DNA of 64,000 bases from Candidatus Nealsonbacteria bacterium (GTDB lineage Bacteria > Patescibacteriota > Minisyncoccia > Minisyncoccales > JANBVM01): NCBI GenBank assembly GCA_047456315.1, contig CP179889.1, positions 192,776-256,775 of the forward strand, given 5' to 3'. Position 1 is the stretch's first letter. Every line of letters begins with the position of its first letter. Positions 26,554 through 32,548 of this stretch are shown here, in pieces. Below the pieces are notes generated by a model, which searched no databases, was not told where the DNA came from, and saw only the letters and a program-made list of their open reading frames with translations. A program made the position numbers and the translations under genes.

Positions 26554-27393
26554 ATGAAACTTAAAAAACTTATCAAACAATATCTTGAATATCTTGAGTT
26601 TGAAAAAAACAAGAGCGAAAGCACGCTTAAATCTTATAAAAGATATTTAGAATTTTTTCTTGATTTTGCAGGTAACATAAGAACTAGCAGAATTACTTAT
26701 GGAATGGTTAGGGAATTCAGAATAGAACAAACAAAAAGAGGTTGTAGTATTAATTATGTGAATAGTATTTCAATGTGTCTAAGGGCATTCTTCAGATACG
26801 CAAATGCTCATAACATCCCCTGTATTAATTTTTTAATGATTGAGCTAGGACAAAGACAACCAAATCTTGTTGTATTTTTGGAGCGAGGGGAAATAAGACG
26901 ATTACTTAAAGCTCCTGATACAGCAACCATCAAAGGTTTGAGAGATAAAGCGATTTTAGAAACTTTGATCAGCACAGGCTTAAGAGTTGGAGAGCTAGTA
27001 AAAATAGAAAAAAATCAAATAAGCAGAAGGAACTCTATAACTGTTATAGGCAAAGGAAAAGTGGTTCGGCTTGTGTTTTTGTCAAAAAGAGCAAAAGAAT
27101 GGATAGATAAATATCTAAAAGCAAGAGATGATGATTCTCATCTTCTTTTTCCTTTAACAAAGAGGTCAATTGAAAGAATGATAAAAGGTTATTCCGAGAC
27201 TGCAGAAATTACAAAAGATATAACTCCTCACACTTTAAGGTATTCACTTGCAGTAAATCTTCTAGAAAACGGTGCAGATATCTTTCATATCAAAGAGATT
27301 CTTGGCCATAAAGATATTGGCACTACGCAAAGATACTTGCATATTACCAATAAGCACTTGGAAGATATACATAATAGATTCCATAGATTATGA
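26554..27393 (+). CDS. Tyrosine recombinase / integrase (XerC/XerD-like)
   Basis: N-terminal SAM-like core-binding domain (YLEYLEFEKNKSESTLKSYKRYL). Catalytic domain with GLRVGEL (Arg), HTLRYS (H-x-x-R) and LGHKDIGTTQRYLH (His...Tyr). Confidence 0.85.
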   Translation: MKLKKLIKQYLEYLEFEKNKSESTLKSYKRYLEFFLDFAGNIRTSRITYGMVREFRIEQTKRGCSINYVNSISMCLRAFFRYANAHNIPCINFLMIELGQRQPNLVVFLERGEIRRLLKAPDTATIKGLRDKAILETLISTGLRVGELVKIEKNQISRRNSITVIGKGKVVRLVFLSKRAKEWIDKYLKARDDDSHLLFPLTKRSIERMIKGYSETAEITKDITPHTLRYSLAVNLLENGADIFHIKEILGHKDIGTTQRYLHITNKHLEDIHNRFHRL

Positions 27394-27460
27394 AATTAGT
27401 TGTTTTATATATTTAACTAATAGACAAAACTTTTCTGGAGAGTGAATATATAATCTACAA

Positions 27461-27865
27461 CTATCTCTCTAAATGATTCCACAATTTCCAATATGGATCA
27501 TTTTTCCAATTAGGATTTTCATGAGAAGAAGGAACTAAATTTAGCTGATGATAGATTTGGTCCTGTATATGCCATGCATTCGTCCACATTTTTGAGTCAT
27601 GAGGATTTTCATCGAGACCAACCTCCGTTAATCGTACAGGTAGTTCACCGAATTCGGGGCTTTTTATTGATATTTTTTTAATCCAAAGATTCTGAATTCC
27701 TGTTAATTTTCCATTTACATAACGTTCCAGTCTCGCGGGAGTATTAAATAGCTCAATAGAAACAGAAAGATTGTGAGCAGATAAGAGTTTTTCTAACTTT
27801 TTGCAGTGTTCTTTTATGAGCTCTTTATTGGGTTTATTTTCATATTGAATTTTTACATTATTCAT
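27461..27865 (-). CDS. Hypothetical protein (Trp/His-rich C-terminus), last gene of the minus-strand island cluster
   Basis: 134-aa ORF with no recognisable family. It lies 81 nt downstream of the 191-aa DUF4145-like gene. Confidence 0.5.
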   Translation of the reverse strand: MNNVKIQYENKPNKELIKEHCKKLEKLLSAHNLSVSIELFNTPARLERYVNGKLTGIQNLWIKKISIKSPEFGELPVRLTEVGLDENPHDSKMWTNAWHIQDQIYHQLNLVPSSHENPNWKNDPYWKLWNHLER

Positions 27866-27946
27866 TGTTTTTGTAATTTTATAATTAATATTTTTATTAC
27901 ATTGTAAGTGCTTTCAAGATAAAAATCAAATTCGTTATTCTATAGA

Positions 27947-28522
27947 TTATTCTAATCTTAAAAATGCCTTCGTTGTTTTATTGTGGTCAATATCCCAATA
28001 TTTAGGCTGATGCGGTACTATGGTGCCATTATTGACATCAAAACCAAAAACCTCTTTTTCAATTATTGCTAAGTCCTTTAAATTTTGTTGCGCTAATTTC
28101 TTGAAGGGAATCTTTGCAACTTTTGGATTCATATGATGTATATCGTTTCTATAGCTTTTCCAAATACGAGAAGACGCTTTCGCACAGCCATTTGAAATAA
28201 TCCTCTTTTCTAGAAATTCATTTATCAATTCTGTATGTTCTCTTTTTTTAATACTGTTTCTTTCGGCAATAAATTTAATAATACCTTCATTGATTGCATG
28301 ACTCATCATAACTGCACCAATAAAATAACCGTCTCGATAAAGATAAATACACTCAGATGACGCTTTCGAAAAGTAGTGTCCTCCAATAATTCCTTGATGT
28401 TTAACTTCCAAATATCTATTTATTTTTTCTTCGATCGAACTTAGGCATTGAGATTTAATACTTTCTTTGAGCTGTATTATCCTGAGTTGCTTCTCTATTT
28501 TTTGTTGTTTAGATTTCGACAT
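27947..28522 (-). CDS. DUF4145-like helical protein (divergent)
   Basis: 191 aa. SRIWKSYRNDIHHMN aligns with the DUF4145 hallmark of the neighbouring 224-aa protein (ALRQMGNIGAHAS), sharing a basic residue at -4, Asn, and His at +4. The preceding helices (GAVMMSHAINEGIIKFIAE) resemble the DUF4145 A-x-x-x-R-x-x-L-E helix. Confidence 0.4.
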   Translation of the reverse strand: MSKSKQQKIEKQLRIIQLKESIKSQCLSSIEEKINRYLEVKHQGIIGGHYFSKASSECIYLYRDGYFIGAVMMSHAINEGIIKFIAERNSIKKREHTELINEFLEKRIISNGCAKASSRIWKSYRNDIHHMNPKVAKIPFKKLAQQNLKDLAIIEKEVFGFDVNNGTIVPHQPKYWDIDHNKTTKAFLRLE

Positions 28523-28530
28523 ATTATCTT

Positions 28531-28634
28531 AATTTAGACTTTATTAACTAAACTTGCTTTTTTCACATCATTCCTCGAAAGTAATTGGGCTGTTACGAAT
28601 ACAGAAAAGGCTGTTTTGTAGGGACAATCCATTC
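28531..28634 (-). repeat. Island leader repeat, copy 1 (upstream of the 191-aa gene)
   Basis: The + strand ...ACAGAAAAGGCTGTTTTGTAGGGACAATCCATTC (ending at 28634) matches 30301-30334 ACAGGAAAGGTTCGTTTGTAGTGACAATCCATTC. The terminal 20-mer matches 19/20. Similarity at the TTTAGAC end is weaker. Confidence 0.7.
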
Positions 28635-29439
28635 ACATGATGTCTCCAAACATATATTTTAAGATAAGTTCACTTATGATATTGCCAATTATAACAACGA
28701 TTAATGCAACTAGTACGTACCAGAAAAATTTACTCCAAAAACTTTCTCTAGGAACTTGAAGCTTTCCTGCGTGTTGGCTCCAGTCGCCAATGCTTCCTTG
28801 AAATTTCTCGATATTACCAATAGCATATTTGGATTCTATCTTCCTAGCCTTCTCTTTTTCTTCTGGAGTAAATTCTACATCTCCACCTTCAATACCCTGT
28901 TTTTTTAATCTTATGGCCCAATCTAGAAGATTATCTTTGACTGCGTTTAATACTCCAGCTAGAGACGATCTATCGATAAAAAAAGAAGCTTTTGTTCTAT
29001 ATGGACCTTTCAGTATTTGATTCGCAACTGAATCGGAATATGGCATTTCATAACTACTCGACTTCTGAGAAAGAAGTTCCTCTATTTCTCCAATCGATTG
29101 TTTGGTTCTTCGCTTCGAAAGCATTCTTTCGTTCTCAGGATTTTTGTGAATTACTGGTATCCAACCATAATAAGGATTCCATGCTTTAATCTGACCATTA
29201 AGATTTCTATAACTTGGATATGAGTCGTTGTTTTTGTATCCTTCGAGTTCTAAATTAATCCAGGATAGAAACTCGGCCTGGTCTAGATCATTTGCTAAGA
29301 TTTTAGCTTCTCTTAGTAGAGAGGAAGTAGAAATATTTTCATCTTTGATGTTTTCAATAAGTTTTTCAATTTTTTTCATAAAGTATTCGTTTTCCTTTTC
29401 TAGAACTTCAATAGCTGACATCCTCGGTCTAGAACCCAT
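28633..29439 (-). CDS. AbiTii-like abortive-infection domain protein with a C-terminal TM anchor
   Basis: SSLLREAKILANDLDQAEFLSWINLELEGYKNNDSYPSYRNL matches my recollection of the AbiTii N-domain (LLRK-x-KvLA-x-xLg...W...ELnGY...P-x-YR). The C-terminal hydrophobic helix is FFWYVLVALIVVIIGNIISELIL. Confidence 0.55.
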   Translation of the reverse strand: MGSRPRMSAIEVLEKENEYFMKKIEKLIENIKDENISTSSLLREAKILANDLDQAEFLSWINLELEGYKNNDSYPSYRNLNGQIKAWNPYYGWIPVIHKNPENERMLSKRRTKQSIGEIEELLSQKSSSYEMPYSDSVANQILKGPYRTKASFFIDRSSLAGVLNAVKDNLLDWAIRLKKQGIEGGDVEFTPEEKEKARKIESKYAIGNIEKFQGSIGDWSQHAGKLQVPRESFWSKFFWYVLVALIVVIIGNIISELILKYMFGDIM

Positions 29440-29474
29440 GTTTTAAGGAGAATTTATGGGCTTTGAAGCGTGTC

Positions 29475-30149
29475 TCACTGATGCGTCTCGGTCGGATTTA
29501 TTTTAGACATAGATTGAATTTGTTTCTTTTGTTGACGCTCTTTAAATTTATCATACTTGCCAGTTAACGTGTACACGTAGTCACAAATTGCTATTGTGAA
29601 ATCTAAAACATCTCTTGCGTCTTGTTTACTTATATGCTTTTTACTTGCATGAGCTCCAATATTTCCCATTTGACGAAGAGCTTCTCCCCACTCTGCTAAT
29701 CTTCCATCAATGATTCCTTCAGTTTTTAATTCTTTTAACTTGTCTGGTAGGGATTTAGCCGATACAGCCAAATCAACACACAAAGATTCTAGTGTCCTTC
29801 TACACATCACACTACATGCTAAATTTGCATTAACGTTAAAACATTTTCCAGCCTCCTCAAGAGATTGTTTTACAGAGGTTGGTAAATCAAAAAAGTTTTT
29901 CTTTGGATAAGGCCAAACTCGCTCCAATAATCCCTCCTCCCATTCTGGATTATCTATTACTCCACCTATTTCCATCTCGCTAACCGCACAAATAGGTAAG
30001 CTACAAACCGGACATTTTAATAAGTAAACAACCAGTGTCACATCAGGTCCTTCATCAAAAAAACTAATCCCAGATAAAACCTCTGCACCAACTTTTGATT
30101 CACAGGTTGGACAATCAATAAATTTTATTTTTTCTTTTTGTTTATCCAT
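29475..30149 (-). CDS. Zn-ribbon + DUF4145 domain protein
   Basis: CPTC...CPVC cysteine pairs in the N-terminal ~50 aa. The C-terminal ACSVMCRRTLESLCVDL...LKELKTEGIIDGRLAEWGEALRQMGNIGAH...DARDVLDF is the canonical DUF4145 pattern. Confidence 0.6.
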   Translation of the reverse strand: MDKQKEKIKFIDCPTCESKVGAEVLSGISFFDEGPDVTLVVYLLKCPVCSLPICAVSEMEIGGVIDNPEWEEGLLERVWPYPKKNFFDLPTSVKQSLEEAGKCFNVNANLACSVMCRRTLESLCVDLAVSAKSLPDKLKELKTEGIIDGRLAEWGEALRQMGNIGAHASKKHISKQDARDVLDFTIAICDYVYTLTGKYDKFKERQQKKQIQSMSKINPTETHQ

Positions 30150-30200
30150 GTTTTATATTAGAGCTTTATTGAGCCTCTCGGTCTTCTGAGGGGCCCACGA

Positions 30201-30235
30201 GGTTGCTGCGGGGCTAGGACTCGAACCTATCCTAG
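30201..30235 (-). other. tRNA 3'-end-like fragment (T arm + 3' acceptor strand), a possible att remnant
   Basis: The minus strand reads CTAGGATAGGTTCGAGTCCTAGCCCCGCAGCAACC, with a GGTTCGAGTCC T-loop context followed by CCCCGCA, the same 3' acceptor strand as bacterial initiator tRNA-Met. There is no matching 5' half, so it is not a gene. Confidence 0.45.
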
Positions 30236-30334
30236 ATTAAACTTTAAGCAGCTCTGTTTTCTTTACTTTCTTTTTAGACATTAAACAAGCGCTTGTAAAG
30301 ACAGGAAAGGTTCGTTTGTAGTGACAATCCATTC
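30235..30334 (-). repeat. Island leader repeat, copy 2 (upstream of the 224-aa DUF4145 gene)
   Basis: A 100-nt unit, GATTAAACTTTAAGCAGCTCTGTTTTCTTTACTTTCTTTTTAGACATTAAACAAGCGCTTGTAAAGACAGGAAAGGTTCGTTTGTAGTGACAATCCATTC. It contains the perfect 12-bp palindrome ACAAGCGCTTGT (30285-30296). Confidence 0.75.
30271..30299 (-). promoter_or_regulatory. Putative promoter of the 224-aa gene inside repeat copy 2
   Basis: The minus strand reads TTTACA (30299-30294), 17 nt, TAAAAA (30276-30271). The ACAAGCGCTTGT palindrome overlaps the -35 element and spacer. Confidence 0.3.
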
Positions 30335-30398
30335 GTTTTCTGAATCTTCTCCTCACTATTTGGTTAGTAGAATCTTGCTATTGCGTAACAGGAATGAA

Positions 30399-30496
30399 GA
30401 TTACAGCTTTAGCAGGCTTGGTTTCCTTACTTTATTTTTAGGCATTAATCAGGCACTAACAAATACAGAAAGTGTTGATATTACAATTCAGAATTC
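30399..30496 (-). repeat. Island leader repeat, copy 3 (degenerate, no gene downstream)
   Basis: GATTACAGCTTTAGCAGGCTTGGTTTCCTTACTTTATTTTTAGGCATTAATCAGGCACTAACAAATACAGAAAGTGTTGATATTACAATTCAGAATTC aligns along its whole length with copy 2. By eye it is roughly 70% identical, offset by 164 nt. Confidence 0.6.
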
Positions 30497-30865
30497 AATT
30501 TTTGAAAAAAACAGGTTTGCTATCACCTATGAAGGAGCGAATTGCACTACAACAGAACAAAAAATTAATGAATTAAAAACAAATCATAATGTTATTTTTT
30601 GTGATAATGTTTATGACTATAAAGTTCCTCCTGAGTGCTCTGTGATTTCTTCTACTAAATGCAGCGATCTATAAGAGTTTTTAACAAAGAACAGTAATAA
30701 AGGTTTTCCATAGATAAATCACCGTATTTTTATTTGGTTTTCTAATTTTTCAATTTAATCTTGGGATTTTCGCTTTTGTAGTTTGACGGGGATTCCGATA
30801 TATTTTAAACTGAAAGTGGTCATTAAAGACAACTTTTGGTTCATAACTATGAAAAAAGCATAAAT

Positions 30866-30890
30866 TTAGGACAGGCTTAGCCTGTCCTAA
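30866..30890. repeat. Perfect 25-bp palindrome TTAGGACAGGCT-T-AGCCTGTCCTAA
   Basis: Read directly from the sequence. It is a hairpin or operator candidate 80 nt beyond the toxin gene stop. Confidence 0.8.
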
Positions 30891-30903
30891 TCTGTAATAA
30901 TAG

Positions 30904-30946
30904 GATTGGGATAAGCTTAACTCGTCCTAATTAGCTTATCCCAATC
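30904..30946. repeat. 14-bp inverted repeat GATTGGGATAAGCT ... AGCTTATCCCAATC with a 15-nt spacer
   Basis: Read directly from the sequence. The spacer contains CGTCCTAA, related to the TAGGAC half-site. Confidence 0.8.
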
Positions 30947-30971
30947 TACCATAAATGGTTAAATAAAGCCT

Positions 30972-31349
30972 TTATGATGTTAAAAATTTTAAGTATTCTT
31001 TTATTCTGCTTTGATCTTCGTTTTGCTTATCTCCTTTAAAATATATTTCAATAAATACAACCCTTGTTTTTTTTGGAAAAAAAGCGTAGATTATCCGAAT
31101 ACCGCTTTTAACTCCCCGTCCCTTTAAAGATCTACAGGCGAATTTTTTTAATTTACAAATTTGTATTCTTTCAGAGCAAAAACGAGGAATAAAAAAAACG
31201 CTTTGGTTGTCGTGTCTTTTGATATGATAAAGCTCGATAGCGTTCCGTTTAGCAACTTCTAAGTCTTTAGACAGAGTTCTAAACTTTTTATGCAGCTTTT
31301 TAAAATCTTTTTTAAATGTTAAGGTCTCCTCATAATTCATTATCTTCAT
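30972..31349 (-). CDS. RelE/ParE-superfamily toxin (Gp49/HigB-like)
   Basis: 125 aa. FKKDFKKL...LKGRGVKSGIRIIYAFFPKKTRVVFIEIYFKGDKQNED follows the RelE-fold pattern (K...G-x-SG-x-R-x-iy ... v-x-l-x-iy-x-K-x-d). It overlaps the upstream antitoxin gene by 20 nt. Confidence 0.6.
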   Translation of the reverse strand: MKIMNYEETLTFKKDFKKLHKKFRTLSKDLEVAKRNAIELYHIKRHDNQSVFFIPRFCSERIQICKLKKFACRSLKGRGVKSGIRIIYAFFPKKTRVVFIEIYFKGDKQNEDQSRIKEYLKFLTS

Positions 31350-32118
31350 AACTTCTTACAGATGTTTTGCGAGAACGATAAAAAACAGCTTCATATTCAA
31401 TAGGTTTTCCGTCTTCTGTTGTGATCCAGGGCACGTCATTATGCGAGTAATCGCTTAATTCCTGCGCGTTCTTGTTTGACAACCTTGCCAGCACTTCGTC
31501 TATATGTTTAATTTCTTGAGCATTAAGCTTCTCTAAGTCAGATTCACGTCTTGGGAGGTATTTTTTTTGATCGTATTGAAAATATTTGCTTCTTACTCTT
31601 TCAATCTCCCCCCTTTTTTCCATTTCTTCAACAATAGACTTAAATTCTATTGGCGTAGGGCCATGATAATTTTTAATATAAGTAGCGCCAATAAGTTGTT
31701 CTTCATACTTCTCATAGAAGTCAAAATCTATAAAATAAAGTAGCTTATAAAGCACTGTCTCGCCTACATTTGGTTTAGCCCCTACTTTCTCTAAAACATA
31801 CAATAAAACCTCTTTGAATTTGCTTATTTTTTTTTGTGGTACGTTAATGCGAATTTCCCTTTTAGTTGCTTTTCTCTGCTTTCTTTCTAATTTTATTGAT
31901 ATTTCAACACCTTTTTTCTTATTAGACAAAAATTCTTCTAAAGGAGTATTGAGAATAGCTGCTAATTTTTTAAGTTCTGAAACAGTTAATTCTCGTTTCC
32001 CTTTTTCAATTAAAATAAAAGTGGGTCGTGATATGCCCAGCTGCTTAGCGAGATATTCTTGAGAAAAACCATTTTCTTTCCTTAATTTTTTAATTTTAGT
32101 ATATAGATTATTAGCCAT
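31330..32118 (-). CDS. XRE-family HTH fused to a DUF4065 (Panacea/SocA-type) antitoxin domain
   Basis: N-terminal LRKENGFSQEYLAKQLGISRPTFILIEKGKRELTVSELKKLAAIL (XRE HTH). The C-terminal VLYKLLYFIDFDFYEKYEEQLIGATYIKNYHGPTP matches the DUF4065 hallmark (KLlYf-x-d...G-x-x-y...-GPv). Confidence 0.7.
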   Translation of the reverse strand: MANNLYTKIKKLRKENGFSQEYLAKQLGISRPTFILIEKGKRELTVSELKKLAAILNTPLEEFLSNKKKGVEISIKLERKQRKATKREIRINVPQKKISKFKEVLLYVLEKVGAKPNVGETVLYKLLYFIDFDFYEKYEEQLIGATYIKNYHGPTPIEFKSIVEEMEKRGEIERVRSKYFQYDQKKYLPRRESDLEKLNAQEIKHIDEVLARLSNKNAQELSDYSHNDVPWITTEDGKPIEYEAVFYRSRKTSVRSYEDNEL

Positions 32119-32140
32119 ATTTTTTCATACTCTTTATTTA

Positions 32141-32168
32141 ATCATAGTAATGTAAGAATTCTTGTCAA
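32141..32168 (-). promoter_or_regulatory. Putative promoter of the antitoxin-toxin operon, with flanking inverted repeats
   Basis: The minus strand reads TTGACA (32168-32163), 16 nt, TATGAT (32146-32141). TTGTCAA ... TTGACAA inverted 7-mers lie at ~32162-32193. Confidence 0.45.
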
Positions 32169-32446
32169 GTAAGTTAGTCAAAAGATTTGACAATAAAAAT
32201 TTATCTTTACTGATAAAAGACAAAGAGTTTTTTAATAAACACACAAAAATTCCACAGGGTTTTAAACAAGTTATTAATCGGTTTTCCAAAGAGTTTTCCA
32301 CAGTTAACAGAAATTTTAAAAAATAATTAAATAATAAATAGATAGGAGCTCTATCCAGTTCTTTGCCAAAACAAATGATGGAGTGATGTGATGGAAGAGA
32401 ATGAATATATAATATTTTGAGTTGCAATCGAGCCTATAGGCGAACA

Positions 32447-32481
32447 GGAAGGAAATGCAACCTTCCGCTCATATTTTTTTT
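32447..32481 (+). terminator. Orphan + strand intrinsic terminator
   Basis: GGAAGG (32447-52), loop AAATGCAA, CCTTCC (32461-66), then GCTCATATTTTTTTT. No + strand CDS lies upstream of it. Confidence 0.5.
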
Positions 32482-32504
32482 ACAACAACATTGTTGTATT
32501 TTTT

Positions 32505-32533
32505 TTGACCAAGGTCTTTGTTTTTGTTATAGT
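32505..32533 (+). promoter_or_regulatory. Sigma-70-type promoter of the regulator gene
   Basis: TTGACC (32505-10), 17 nt, TATAGT (32528-33). It is flanked by TACAACAA/TTGTTGTA palindromic 8-mers (32481-32498, with another copy at 32533-32540). The ATG is at 32549, so the leader is very short. Confidence 0.55.
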
Positions 32534-32548
32534 TGTTGTATAAAAAGT

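Noticed and set aside
26554-30496. Integron hypothesis: a tyrosine recombinase plus repeat-separated cassettes.
   Set aside because: The recombinase is short (279 aa, Xer-like, with no obvious IntI-specific insertion). The cassette genes are convergent with it rather than divergent from an attI/Pc region. The repeats lack recognisable attC R''/R' (RYYYAAC/GTTRRRY) core sites.
30235-30496. CRISPR array check on the island repeats.
   Set aside because: The units are ~100 nt, degenerate and only two or three in number, with no short identical direct repeats separated by unique spacers. No cas genes are present in the window.
30321-30674. 117-aa + strand ORF (GTG start) in the ORF-poor part of the island.
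   Set aside because: Its first ~60 codons are a translation of the repeat copies 2 and 3, and its start lies inside the conserved 20-mer. The C-terminal part (NSIFEKNRFAI...) could be a remnant of a beta-helix-type protein, but I cannot support a functional gene.
32134-32427. 97-aa minus-strand ORF, together with the first 44 codons (TTG start 32417) of the track ORF 32417-33190.
   Set aside because: Both run through an intergenic region containing promoter, terminator and palindromic elements. The plausible regulator CDS starts at ATG 32549, directly after a TTGACC-17-TATAGT promoter.
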